In this document: positions 39,966 through 53,606 of the stretch, one piece after another
Numbering within the stretch: position 1 is the first letter of the stretch
How the letters are laid out: each line of letters begins with the position of its first letter
Assembly (NCBI RefSeq): GCF_033026475.1
Contig: NC_090205.1
Span: forward strand, 5,909,544 to 5,973,543
From: Channa argus
Lineage: Eukaryota
Length of the DNA stretch: 64,000 bases
Direction of reading: 5' to 3'
The notes under the pieces: generated by a model
What the model saw: only the letters and a program-made list of their open reading frames with translations
What the model was told of the DNA's origin: nothing
Database searches by the model: none
Translations under genes and position numbers: made by a program

Positions 39966-42900
39966 TGTTTGTATGAACTGGTTTGAAATTTACAGTAGTA
40001 GCCAGAGCAGTTAAGAACTGTATGACTATGACCTGTATTGTTGGGAAAATTCACAACCAGCATCACCGACAGCATGTTTCTTCTGATTGTATAATATCTT
40101 GTTGTGTTTCACTGTTGCAAAATAAAGACGTCACTCGTTTCCTGGCAAATGTGCAGTTCACTGTGCATATAATGATTAGACAAAGGCATCTGACGTAGTG
40201 GCATGAACGCTCCACTCAAGCTTCCATCCGTTCAGTCTGCACTGACAGTGACCTTCCTTTGGCTGTCACTGTCCGGGGAACCAGCTGTTCCTGTCAAGCA
40301 GCACAGCTTCCGAGGAGCTGAGAGGGCGGCACCCGGAGAAATTGTCCAGCCCTTTTACCAACCTGACTGTTATTGGAAATCCAAAGGATGAAAATGGCTT
40401 TTAAGTAGGCTCGATAGGGAGTGAGGAAGAAAATGGCCTTTCCTGCATCCAGGAGAGCTTTTAAAAACCCTTCCCTCCCTGAAAACACACAAACCTAGAC
40501 TCAACATAAATGTCACATACCATTCTATTTTTCAACCTGTATAGTAAATTAGAAATGACTCTACATCCTTGTGCAATCGCGTTCTTGCCACTGTGGCCAT
40601 CTACAAATATTTGATGTGGGTTATGTATGGTGCCGAGCAACATTTCTCTCAGAATGGTGACTGCATATAGAGAGACCTTCAGTCTACGACTGGAAATTAA
40701 ATGCATGGGGAAATACCTTATGATCCAGAGCCAGAAAGATGCACAAGAAGCCCCTTGCATCCACATTCATATGATGCTTACACTTGTTCAATCAGTGGTC
40801 TTTCATTTACAGAGCTGAAAGCATGTTGCAGCTCAAAGAAAAAAAAAAAAATCATTTAAGCTGTTTTTATAACAATAATATCTCCGTGGCTCATTTATTG
40901 TACTTCACGTGTACTTTGCTCGTACAGTAGCTGTCAGATACATCAACCTTTGAGTTTTACTTTGCACAGACCATAAACTATTTCACCGTTTGATTTCTGA
41001 TTCACAGCACTCTGTTCCTCTCCCTACTTCAGTTTCTAAGTACATTAAGTAGAGCTCAGTGATTCTTTTATAAATTCCAAAGTGGAAGCTTGAAATCTCA
41101 TTGACACCTGGAGCTTTTTCTCCACAGTGCAACTTGTTAAGAGGGGCCTTAACTTTTGTTCCCGATCCTCGCTCGAAACCCGCAACAAGGTCTGTTTGCT
41201 TAGTGTCATCCTCCTACACGCGACACCTAGGTCGCACATTTTGGAGCAAACATAAAAAAGATTAAAAAAATACTGCATACAAAACAACTCTGAGAATATA
41301 CAAAAGAAAAAGATTAGTTTTCTTTTTCCTAAGAGCTGTGTTTATACTGTGGTGGTATGGCTTGCAAAAAAAAAATAAAAAATTATAATAAAGCAGCACT
41401 TACAGCAGCAGTAGTGACTAGGTAAGTTAAAGAAAAAAAACATACTTAGCTTCCATCATTTATTGAGACGACCAGTATTTCGACCACAACTGGTTATTTT
41501 CCAAGGGCTTTGAAAAAAAAAGGGCTTTTTTTGTAGTATTTTACTACAATGAGCACCTTGATTTTGGTGTGTATTCACTGAAGGCATCTTTCACCCTGGC
41601 ACAATAAAGGGAACACAAAGTATTTGAACTATACTTCACAACAGGATAATAAAATTAATCTTGTCCTCGCAGGGCACCGTTATGAAAGATGCGTCTGTAA
41701 ACTGCCCACAAGGTCAGTTTTACTGCTCGTGTTATAAATTCTTCATCCCCAGGTGTTTTATGTTTACAAATCTTTTCTAGAGACAAAAAAAACAGTAATG
41801 TGAGAGACATTTGTCCCCGCGCAGTGGACGGAGCAGCCCTTTTACGCAGATGAAGCCAGCGGCACGTCCCGGAGGGACCGCACGAAAAGCACGACCTCTG
41901 GGGAACACAGAGGTTGCGAGCTTGAAAGATCCAGACAGGGAGGGAGGTTTGGCGATAGTGATCCTCGTTGTTCTTAATCCAATGCGAATCAGCCGTATCT
42001 GTTCAGTTACAAATTCCACGGTGGTTTATCTTATCTTTTATCTCGCAGAGGTCATCTGAAATGAGTCCACCTGGAGTCAGCGTCTATTCATTGGGTCGTC
42101 TTTTTTTAAGGGTCCTGAGTGCTTTGCTTTTCTTAATACCTGATTCACATAGTGTTATACTTACATTATATGTCCGTGTGCTGTAAACAGCTATTTAGTG
42201 GGATTTGTTGGTTTCAGCAACAAACAAGTCTTATTTAGATACAAATCCTCATTGATACAGCTCAACAGTGAATGGTCTGAGACAGGATGAGTCTAAATGG
42301 GAATTACTGGAACCTACAGGGCAAACAAGAGAGGTTAATTGGAAATATAATTGTTATTAATCTGTATTATGATTTTGCAAGGCTGTAGGTTAAGCGAGCA
42401 CAAGATGGCCCAAACAGGTTTACTTTGATTATCCTGCATATTTGTGACTAGCACTACAAAAGCATGCAGCTAAAACGAGACACAAAAGGAAGAGAGGAAT
42501 AGGAGCGCAGAGCCGAGAGCAGAGTTTTAAATCTATTTTGGAGATAATATACAAGACCTATAGACGGCTGTATTAACTGTTAGTCTGAGAAGCAGCAAAA
42601 GTCAAATCAAAGGCACAACAGCTCAGCTTTGAATTGCTGCTTATCAATTATTAAAGCGCCAGAGCTACTGCAAGTTAGCTGCAGCTTTGTGGGATATTTG
42701 TGTACACTTAATGGTGCAGACTTGAGTCCAAATACACAACATCCAGATGTGCTGCTCAGATAGGTCGTTCAGAGGGTTAGAAAATGAAGCTAAAGAAAAC
42801 CCGGCTCTGAAAGGATCAGGTCAGATGGAGGAGAGCCTGCTTGGGTCAAGACTCAGGCTTATTACTTTTTTCTTTTCTTGTCGACTCGAGTAGGAATTTT

Positions 42901-45900
42901 TTATAGAATTTTATTGTGACTGCTTAGCAAGTGCATACTTGCCTCTGCCAGGAATTTCCAATCCCTGTGCAGCAGAGGCCATGCACTACCTACTATTGAA
43001 AGGTGTTACTTTTGTGTCTAATTATTTTCATAGTACTCGGGCAAATGTTGTCACATGTTTTTTTTTAATTATATATTTCACTTTAGATTGAGATTTAAAC
43101 ATGGAGAAGTACTGCATTTTTAACCAAACATGGTTAAAAATGCTTATTATTTAAGGGCTTATTATTAACGTACATAAGCCAAATGTGCAAAAGCTCAAAG
43201 TAAAACCGCATTCAGAAGACTGTACATATTCACTGCTTCTTCCTCCCTTGACAGATGCCATGTTCTATATTTGAACATGTGTGTCGAGATGTTCTGGTTA
43301 TTGTGTGTGTCACCGGGAAATAAACATGTTGTGGATGATGACCTACAAACTCCTGATTTTTTTGCTGCTTTGTTTGCTGATTTACTTCAGACTGTCACTG
43401 AAATCCCAAAAGGTCAGAGAAAAATGAAAAGTTGGTGCCAGCTCCTTCTCTGTGGGAGACCAGCGAAATTATGATGCCATGCGGTGCGGTGATGTTTAAC
43501 CAAGCTACACACGAGCGGCAGCAGCAGGACTGCAACCTGGATGAGCTGTAGACCTTTGTTATTGTCCCAAAAAGGAATAAAACCGGCTCCACTGGATGAC
43601 GTGCGTCTTCATTCCAAGATTTTAAAAAATGTTGAGATGTTGAGCTGAAAAGGTGCTTTCCATGTAGATGTCCAACATGCAAAACAGTCTCTTGCTTACT
43701 TCAGACTGCTGCACAAATTTAAAGTGATTCGAAAAATTTTGCGAGACTATTAACTATGAACTATTACTATAAACTGTAGGTGGTTTGTACCAGCTAGAAA
43801 GTAAATGACCAAACGATACATGTAAGCATTTGGTGATATCTAGTGGTGTAAATGTCATCTCAGATGAAACCCACCCGGGACACGCTCTGACTATTCCCCT
43901 GCCATAAGTCATGTGAGAAAAGGTGACCACCATCTTGGTGCTTGGCACCAAAAGTGGTGCAGACTCAACAGGTACCTACTTACCTATGTGGGGTTTCAGT
44001 AAACGGCCTTCTTAGTCAAATCAAACAACATAAATGCGTAAAGTTATTTTATTTAATTTATTTTATTTTTTTATGTTGAGCAAGTGTTTTGGACTGGACC
44101 AGTGTGTCTGTCTGATGTGTTTCTAATCATTTTTGGGCAATAAAAGCAGGTTTCAGACTTGCACACGTTACCTATGAGCAGATTAGTGCCTGTGTGACAA
44201 TTGTTGACGATACAATTAATTGAGTCCTTTAACTATTTATTTGGATGTCATTCCTTTTAACTTGAAATGCACCACCTTCCTGTAGAAAAAACACACCCTG
44301 ATACTCCACCAAGAGACACATTTATACTGAAAAAGATGAGAAAAATGTTGCAATGTGCCTCAAGGTCAAGTTAACTCTCTGGAGTGTTGACATTCTGCGC
44401 TAATGAAAATGTAGCATTAGAACAATACCTTTCAGCAGTGGTGTCAGGTACTGTTACAAATAAAAGGGTAAAAGTCTGGGTTGTTTTGGAGACGAAGCCC
44501 AAGAATAATAAGTGTCCATCTATAATTAAAGCGATCTTATAACAAGACTGAATTGGGAAAAAAGAGGTGCAGTGAAAATTGTCACAGCAAGTCCTCAATT
44601 ATCGCTCACTGCAGTATCGGGCTAGTGTTATCTTTCTTATTGTTAACGAAGTGTACCAACAAGTTTTGTCTGTGATCTATGCCTTTTATGTAGTCAGTCC
44701 CAGTTTTTATTTATAGAGGGCAGCTCACAGTCTTCCTTAGCCACTGAAAGCAGAATTAGGGTTTGCAAGGCAGTGAAGGTTTCCACCCGGTTGCATCATA
44801 AAAACGCATTATTGGAAGCCTCATTCAACACAGTGCACCCTAGCGACGTCTGTTGATGAGGGAAAATATAGAATAAAATAAAACGACTCGTGACACGCTG
44901 TGTAACGTGCAGAAATATTCATATCTATGAACTGATCATCATTTTCCAAAAGCCTCACTGACTCACACAGTCAGAAGCTCTTGCCCTGAGGTTAGTGATA
45001 CTCTGATATCAGTGTGCCAGAAACTCTTGGCTCTCGATACAAGTGTTTAACTTGTTAAGCCGCTAAACAAGGAATTTCAGGAGTTTAAAAAGCTTGGAGT
45101 TAAGCCACGAACAGATTAAAATTAACCAAATACCACCAACCACCATACAAGGAAGACTTTTTTAAATTATTTTTTCTTTATTGATCTCAGTGGGAAATAG
45201 TTGTTGGACAGCTGCACATGCATGAGCTGCAAGGACATTTGACATGAAGCCAGGAGGCTCATGGACAGTAAGTTTTGCAGACAACTGCTCTTCAAACTGA
45301 GGCGCAGCTGCTTTACTGTGACAAAACGGTAACACGTTAAAGACCCAAGTGGTCATGAACGTGCCATTGAGGTGCCATTCAATAAAATCTTCTTCCATCA
45401 CATTCCCCACTCGCTTCGGGTCCATTAACGCCACCAGTCACCAATTGCCCATTAGAACACTTTAAACACAATGAGCTGGTTTTAACTAGAGATAAACACT
45501 GAATCTCCAAAGCTTGTTTAACCTTTGTGAAGTTACTGTTTCAACAGAGTGGGGCCTCACGAAGGAACAATTTTGTGTTCTTACTTAAATTTTTCTCATT
45601 AGTGGAGCTCCCTGATATCCAAATGATTAAGGCACACACCACAAAATTGCAGTGTCTCTTCTTTAAATGTCCGCTCTCTTCTATCTAATGATGACCAAAA
45701 AAAAAAAGCCCCCATCTTAATTGTGAGATTCATTTCCACATGAAGTGCACATTCATGAGATCATTAACTTACCAACAGCCCTAAAAGGATCACGTTACGC
45801 TGCCTGTTCTGCTTTGTTTGTGGGAAACTTTAAAGTGTAACACTAAACAATGTCACGCTGTGGAGCGTGTGACACTGGGAATTATCGGGAATTAAGCAAA

Positions 45901-48900
45901 CCAAAACGAAACAAATTCAGTCCCTGGTACAGAAATCGGAGCTTGTATCAAGGCCGATGGCGTCTGCAGCTTCAGTATCACTGGTGCTTCAAAAAGTTGT
46001 TCACTGAGTTCAAGAGCTGTGAAAGCCAAAATGTTCTCATAATGACTATTAGTCTCCAGTCAGATCATGTTGTAACTCAAATGAAATGATAAATATTAAC
46101 CACAAAGTTAAAAGACATCAGTGAAACCAGGTCCTGACTAAGACACATCAATATTGAGTGTCTGAAATAACATTTCTATCTAAAACCTTTGCTCACCATA
46201 TCTATTATTTACAGCTACAATAACATCTACACCTGATGCAGCACTTTTGAATTACTACTGTTTTAACGATTTAAAGGCTTTGTTGACTTTTATTGCACAG
46301 ATATGAGATTTCAAAAGCTTAAATCACATTTAGAATCCAAACGAGTTTAGTAATATAAACCTCATTCAACACACAAAAAAAAATAAGTTAAAACTAGATA
46401 GAAACCAGAGGATGCTGTTCACATGCTGGATTTTAAGTTAACACACAGATACTGCATGTTGATAACCACATTATCTTTTCAAGTCAATTTGGACATTTTC
46501 TTTATTTCAGATTTAAAAAATCAGTGGATGTTGCATTTTAGGATCAGATATTTTGGCAATAAACCAATAAAATATGTTTTACTGGTGCATTCAGTGTCAT
46601 GTTGGTGTGACTCAACAAATATGTTCATTCAAAATATCTAATCAGAGTATTTTGCTCCTGCAAACACATATTTGCTGTTGCAAATCAAATGAAAAAAATA
46701 ATAATTTCAAGGAGACATGGTTCTCCAGACAGGTTATAATGAAAGAACGACCATCTGCTACAAGCTCTGACAAGCTATTGGACATTATTCTGTATGGCTC
46801 CATAGTCGGTGTGACAAAACCTGCCTGAGCTGTTCATCACTGGTCATCTAACTAAGCCACTCAGGTGTGAAGGGAAAAGGTGCAGTGAACATGTAATATA
46901 AGGTAGAACCACACATTGGTGGAGGCATCACTGCGTCAATGAAAGCAATATCCCAAAATTGTGAAATTTAAAATTTTCTGTTTATCATGTAACTTTTTAT
47001 TTGACTCAAACAAAAACTAATTTCTCCCATTTTCCGTCTTGTTTCTGTGCCCAAAACCTTTGTTTCTTTTCACAAGAGGCCCTGGGCAGCACAGAAAAGG
47101 TAGTGGACTGTTGGCCTTGGCTGGAAGTTGTCAACTTTTTCTGGAAGTTGGCCTCTTTAGACTCCTTGCAGGGCTCATCACTTAGACCGATGACTGTCCA
47201 TATAGTCTCTAACCATAACCATCCACAGGCCAACGTCCATCTTTAGCTGAAATTGAAAACACATTTCCTGCCAAAACTTGTAGTCTACTATCTTTTTCTG
47301 CAACCAGTAAGTCCTGATTTTCACTCCTAAAATACAAAATGTAGTGTTTAAGAATGTTACTGTTTCCAGATGACAGATACATGTGCATACTGCATATGGG
47401 ATTAACGCACTTGAAAACATGTTATATGTGACCTGATGTGGAGGTGGGAGGTGGCAGAATTAGTCTTCTATGGTCTGATGGTCTGAAAGACTCGAAGACT
47501 CTAAGTCTCTAAGACTAAGAACAGTAAACATGGGTTGGAGACGGTGGGATGGTGGGTAATGGGATTGCTCCAAAACTTCAAGCAGAAATTCACGGATTGG
47601 TTAGGAGAACCTCGCTCTAACACCTTTAAATGTGAATGCACCGATTGCACCTGCTGTTCAATGAGTCGGGCCACTGGAGGCTTTGGCAGCACCTGTTTTC
47701 AGGTATAATTAGTTTTGGACCAGTTTTCTTCTAAAATATTTTTGAAATATAGTCGCGTACCGACTCGTAGGAAAAGCAGTAACTGTTGACAGAGGCATCA
47801 AAGTTTTTGTTACTGATTATTATTCAACCAGGACTGCAAAACCTCTCACAGAGGAAGAGACAGACACCCTAGAAACCCACTACCTGTTCCCCACTCAGAC
47901 TGTCCTCAGTGGCCTCTGTCGCCATATTCTGACAGCTTCTCCTCCCACAAGTTCAGTCCCCAAGATAACAAGGGGTGCCTGACCCTTTGGACTCTCCTCT
48001 CAGCCACATCGCTGATGGGCTCCGACACAATCTGAGCTGACAGAAACATGAGGCAGGGTGGAGGGAGGAGAGCAGCCTGACTGTAATGCCATCCGCCTGG
48101 AGAATTGTCAGCACATAACGACACAGGCCTCTGAGTTTTTTTGGTCATCACTGGCAACAGGCTTCTTTTAAAACACACGCCAGCCTTTTAAAGTCTAGAT
48201 ACCCAAGCTAAAACACATCCCAAACTGTCTGAGTGTAAAATCCCCTTTGGAAAGAACTGAAAAACTGTGCGGATATGAAAACTGTACTCTGTATGCTTGT
48301 GCTTCTGAAGTCTACAGTGTGTGAGTTCTGTGGCAGCAGATAGGATCTGAGTGTCGTGTGATTCTGTTGTCACCACATGCTGCTGCAGACAGCTTTCAGG
48401 CAACAGACTGTGAGGACATGCTGAAGGTCTTCCGCACTACATCAGACTGCATCTGGGTTCAACTCTATAAAGCAGGGAGACACCACCACAACTAAAAATA
48501 AAACCTGCACCACCAAGGGCCTCAAAGTAAATCAAAACAATGGGCTGTGCAAGGAAATACTTGTGTTTATAACAGAAAAGTCAGAAGTAGGTTTCAGTTT
48601 GGTTTGCTACTGCCACATGGAAGCGTGTCTCATTCACAGAACACTATACATGTGGTACCAACACACCCAGGTGTTGACCACCCAATGAATCCTCCACCCA
48701 GGCTTTAACAACTCCACCCAATGAATTTGGGAGCGAAAAATGAAAATGAAATCCACCAGAAAAAACACAAACAATTACAATAAGCCAACAAAAAACAAAA
48801 TAACAAAATGTATCATACCTCATATTAAAGGTTACACGGACCCTCATCTGTCAATGTCTAGCTCTTAAAGGAGAGTGTCCATCCTTTTTGTCATAGTCTA

Positions 48901-48931
48901 TTAAATAATAAAGTGCAACAAAACACATTGG

Positions 48932-49175
48932 GCGGCAGTGGCTCAGTTGGTGGAGTAGCCGCCCAGTTTGTGATCCGCTCTTTGCAACAACATGTCAAAG
49001 TGTCCCTGGGTAAGACACTGAACCCCTAACAGCCCATTCCCATCCCCCAGCTGTCCAGTGCCCATCCCAAACCCGGTAGAAACTGTGGAGGGTTGCGTCA
49101 GGAAGGGCATCAGGTTTAAAACTGTGCCAAATCAACATGCGGACTAATGATCCGCTGTGGCGACGCTGAACTCAA
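48932..49175 (+). mobile_element. tRNA-derived SINE copy (family with …gcgtcaggaagggcatc…tgtgccaaatcaacatgcgga…gatccgctgtggcgac core)
   Basis: The head ggcggcagtggctcagttggtggagtagccgcccag is followed by a body that I recognise as a high-copy percomorph repeat core. Confidence 0.65.
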
Positions 49176-49325
49176 CAAAGACTCAACTCAACTGTCCAAC
49201 AAATCACTCAAAAAAATTAAAAATCGGTAGGAATTAAATGTAAAGTCATAAGTTTGGGGGGTGGGTAAGTGAAAGTGCAGAGCATGACTGCATGTGCTGT
49301 AAAAAGAAAGAAAAAGCAAAGCAAC

Positions 49326-49348
49326 ATGGCCCTAACACCCTAACCCTA
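49326..49348. repeat. Short interstitial telomere-like (CCCTAA)n tract embedded in an interspersed repeat
   Basis: ccctaacaccctaaccctaaccctta. Related ctaaccctga/ctaacgca motifs recur at 29770..29830, and inverted at 21505..21525. These are part of a repeat family whose copies end in …cctaacgca(c/g)t…tttg…(g/t)(c/a)tata(ta)aagtc (49360..49410 and 29820..29856). Confidence 0.6.
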
Positions 49349-50669
49349 ACCCTTACCTGAAGTTCCTTGCCCTAACGCAGTCTTTGTGTATATATAAAGT
49401 CTCTCCCATGGAGCGTTCAATAGTGACACCAAAGTGTAACCGTGGCATCAATGTGATACGTAAAACACTGCGCGGTTTGACGCTTCGGGAAGCGCAATTA
49501 TCTGACACTGTGAGATGAGAACGTGTTGAACCAAATGACTTTTTGCTTTGTGATCCAGTTTTATTCGCTGGCTTAGATAAAAAGTTCTTAGACCTGCTGT
49601 CACGTATGGTTTGAGGACTGGTGAACCATCGAATATCATAAAGATGCTCAGGAGTCTGGATCTTAACCAGCGTGTTCTTTCTCTATTCTTTACTTTTATG
49701 ACTTTCATGTTGTAAAATGGACTGTTTTACAGTTTTTGGTTGGTTTTTTCTATTGGTTTTTTTTTTCATCTTCAAGAGGCCTGAAGAAATGAAGTTAACA
49801 CCAACACTTAATGGTTAGTTTGAAAATTGGCACCTTCAAATAAAACACAGCTTGGAGGCAGTGATTATTGTTTCACTTCCAAGGAGAAAAAGTGTCAAGA
49901 TTACAACAAAGCTACATGTCCTTTGTTCAAGTCTACCCACCTCAGAAGAACACTTTAAAATGCTTTAAAATATAGTGTTTTACATGTTTTGGAGCCTTTT
50001 GTCAAGCAAATTTCAAGTCTACTGTAATGATACTGATAAATAAATGGACTGAACAGAAGGTCACGGTTCTTTCTCTAAGACCACCCGATGGGTAAAGATT
50101 GCATGTCTCCTTTTTTAAACTTTGCAGCAAACTTGTGCAAATGGAACATTGTTCTAATCCTCAATCGCTCCTGTTTTGTTAACGGATGGCAAATTTTTCC
50201 TCCTCATTTTGAAAATAAGTTGGTTGTTCACTGAAAAGAAAAGTTATCTTGCAGACGAAAATGAACTTTTGTGGGCTAAGAAAAATCTTGTTATACTTTT
50301 ATCTACTGTAGCTAAACACGCAAAAATAGAAATGGAACATGAGGATGGGCCACTGACAAAGCCATGAACAAAGAAAAGCACCCAGTGGAGCCGGAGAGAA
50401 AACAGGAAGAGAGGGATTGATGTCAGATTCTGGTTCAGGCAATTCCCGTCTGTGACTCACTAAGAGCACTGAGAGCACTTCAATTCCCACCAGATTCCAA
50501 CATTTCTCATATGTAGGTTCTTATTTATATCCTGTCTTTTCCACGCAAAAGTTGAAATTATGCAAATTTTATGTGGGAAGGACACTGTACACTGACTCAC
50601 ACTCGAAGAACAGTTCATTAATGTTTTTTTTTTCCACACACTATCCTCCCACTCATCCACCCACCTTCA

Positions 50670-50691
50670 CACACACACACACACACACACG
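50670..50691. repeat. (CA)n microsatellite
   Basis: cacacacacacacacacacacg. Confidence 0.9.
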
Positions 50692-53119
50692 ATCACAGTG
50701 ACACAAACATGCATACAGTAAGACTGGGAGGAGAAAATGGCCAATCTGACAAATGAATAACGATCTGCCAACAACGGCATTTTATCGTGGTACAATCAAC
50801 ACATGCCAATGGAATCTCTGTGATCAGTAATTGAAACAGACAAAAGGGGGCTCGCTTTGATCTTGACAGACGAAGACCCTCCGACTGAGTCAGGTTGTAA
50901 TGAAACGTGGAGCCATGATGGTAAATATTTAGCACGTTTGCAGTTACAAGACTGCAGTGTGTCGAGCTTTGCACAGCCGAAGAAAATGGGGAAAAACACT
51001 GTGAATACTGCAATAAATTGGTATGGAAATATTCAGAACAAAGTATGAGTTATGCATTTCAAATTTCTGTATTTTATGTAAAAGTATCAAAGCTCAAGCA
51101 TTCTTAAAGCACATATTAATGAATATAATATTATCGGATTATAATTATTAATAAGATAATGTGTTTACCACTTCAGTGTTGCAGCTGCTAAATGGCATTT
51201 TGATAATTCTATATTCTGTAGCTTATATTTATTATGTAATTAGAAACTACAATGTTTTCCCCTGAAATTATGTGAAATGAAAGCATGCAGGAGCAGAAAC
51301 TGAAAATAGTAATAATGGTACTAATGCCTTAAAACTGTGCTGGGTTACTTTGCTCCTCATTGGAAAAATACAGAAAAATAAGCCCAGACTGAATTTCTTT
51401 TCTGCCAAACATGTACATGTGTGCGCACAGTAATGTCGCCCCCACACTAGTCGAGATTGCAGCTATTAAGTGTCTTATGGCGAACTCACTCCTAAATGGC
51501 ATTTACTGTAAATCGTGTCTGCACATGTACAAACATGTAGCTTAACTAAGGGGTAATGTGAGCAACAACTGTTGTCCTGTCAGCCACATGTACACTTGTC
51601 AATAATTTCATCGCCTCCCCTTGAGAAGTGTCCTAATGAAGCTATAGGCTGCACATAGATAAAAAAACGAACACCCACCATGTTTCATTGATTAAATGTG
51701 TAAAAGGGAAAAAAAAAAAAACTTTCAAGGACACTTGTAGTTTTCAGCGACCTCACATCTGAGATGGACTAATGTAGTTCTCACCATAAGGGACACCTTC
51801 ACAGTTTATAGGAGCAGCCTTGAGGGAGAAGGCCAGCCAGAGTCAGCCGCTCTATGGGCTTGAGGGAGGCCTGAGTGGGCCTGCAGCTGAAAGGGTGCCC
51901 TTCATTTCTAGACAGCGTGCCCTTTTTAAAATACAATCATGGGTAGAGTGTGAGGGGCAGCCTTACTGTTGTCTGTCCCCATTGCTACATTAACTCACAA
52001 ACATGGCCTCAAGAGCCTCATCTGGGCACAGTGTAGCTGGAGCCCCGTGGTCAAAAACATGACCTTCAACTCCCCGTTCTAATCAGGCTCCTTCTCAGCA
52101 TATGGATATACAGTTCTCTGAGTGGATGGGAGGCAGAGCATTGGTTCGTCCGTGTCTGCAATATTCAGTATGGGAGGAAAACACGCAGAAGATACTGCAT
52201 AATGTAGGCAATTAGAGAGAGACTATGGTTTAGGAAACACCTCATCCCCTAGAAATGATGCTGCATACTGGTAAATTGGTTTCCTAATTTGATAGGAAAT
52301 ATAATTGCTACCTGGATTATGTTCACCGCCAGTGGTTTTTCCATTTAAGGAAGTGTTTTTGTTCTGCACACATGTTGCAGAGAGCTTTTGAGTTGCCCTT
52401 TGGGATCAGTTTGGGGGAATATTGTGGTCTCCATTAAAAAAAAAAAATTGCAGAGAAAACCAGTTGGCAGTTGGATTCATAAATAATGTTGATTCTAAAA
52501 CATGAACGAATCCAAGAAGTATTGCATTTCCTGTATCGGTGTTTCAAATTATTAGCATATGAATTTAATTGCGGTGACACTGATGCATCACATTCTTCAA
52601 GGCTGCTCCGACGTCCGCTGTAAGCATTTAGCAGGAACGTTGTCAAATGGTATTTAACGATGTTCTGCCCAAACTTGGTGTTTTAAAGCATGTGCACCCT
52701 CCGTCACTCGTCCTTTACGGAGCATAACGGATACTCCGTACACATAGTTCTCCAAATACTGTGAGTTATTTAATGCGCCATTTATCAATCTTGAGAGATT
52801 TGGCAGTTACACGAGACCTCAGGCAGTCAGAGAAGTGCTTTTTAGGGACATTCTGGTGTTTAAACATTATCTTAAATTAAATCACATGCTGGCTAAGGAG
52901 TAACCATTAAACAGCAGGCGACTGCCAAGCATCCTACCTGCAGCAGTGGCCAGAAACGTGCAAACTGGAACAAACTGTGCATAATTTACAGACAGGAGCA
53001 GGCAACAAATGCTTTTAGTGAGCAGCGGGAAACTCGCTGTGTGTTCTTTATAGTATTATTTTAACTTTGCCTCAGAACTCCTTTATAATTATGAGTGGAC
53101 CTGTTGTTCATTCTCACCA

Positions 53120-53125
53120 TTTATT
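53120..53125 (-). terminator. Polyadenylation signal AATAAA for the GRHPR-like transcript (3'UTR about 53100..53177)
   Basis: On the minus strand AATAAA (plus-strand tttatt at 53120-53125) sits about 55 nt downstream of the TAA stop. The expected cleavage site is about 15-25 nt further 3' (around 53095-53105). Confidence 0.5.
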
Positions 53126-53177
53126 TATAGACAAAATATTCCATCATTTCCAGCAGTAACATCAGTCAGCCTAAACT

Positions 53178-53340
53178 TTAACAGTTTGGTTGCTTGACTT
53201 CATTTGGAACAGGTAAACCTTTCACTGCAGCCAGGGCATTTTTGACCATCTTCTCCAGTATTCTTTCTGCTGTGCTGTAGGTATTGATGCCGATGTGGGG
53301 GGTGAGCAGCACGTTAGGCAGGCCAAGGAGTGGATGATCC
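53178..53340 (-). CDS. GRHPR-like terminal coding exon 5 (catalytic His in LTPHIG), stop TAA at 53178-53180
   Basis: The acceptor is ttatgcag|GGATCATCC. It encodes (R)DHPLLGLPNVLLTPHIGINTYSTAERILEKMVKNALAAVKGLPVPNEVKQPNC*, matching human [45 protein letters not shown]. The summed CDS over the 5 exons is 990 nt, giving 329 aa (human GRHPR is 328 aa). Confidence 0.8.
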
Positions 53341-53416
53341 CTGCATAAGATGAAGTAGAAGAGCTGTTAGTATTCAATTTAAGTCTATTTATTCAGTATA
53401 GCACATTTTTTTCAAA

Positions 53417-53513
53417 GAGGTGAGACCTTGGTAAAGGTTCGGGATGAGTCACATCCAATGCTGCAGCACGAATTGTTCCCGACTGGAGAGCTTTGACTAA
53501 GGCATCTTGATCC
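53417..53513 (-). CDS. GRHPR-like coding exon 4
   Basis: The acceptor is tgtctcag|GT. It encodes [32 protein letters not shown](R), matching human [33 protein letters not shown]. The donor is CCAAG|GTCTCA, a weak but GT-containing site. A 93-bp intron precedes the exon and a 76-bp intron follows it, both compact as is typical for fish. Confidence 0.75.
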
Positions 53514-53606
53514 AGAACTTGACCTGAGACATGACAAAAGCATTATTGCTTATTTGAGCCCTTGTAAGTCAAGATCAATGCGGTCTAGAAACCACGCCGC
53601 CCTCAC

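Noticed and set aside
39417-40198. Run of overlapping plus-strand ORFs (60-109 aa)
   Set aside because: They are translations of a minus-oriented SINE (39775..39965) and adjacent repeat sequence.
45162-45434. 90-aa minus-strand ORF with an 'HS…EEQ' stretch that superficially resembles the GRHPR exon 2/3 junction (it would imply a processed pseudogene)
   Set aside because: DNA-level comparison with exons 2-3 shows no real homology. The peptide similarity is limited to a few residues.
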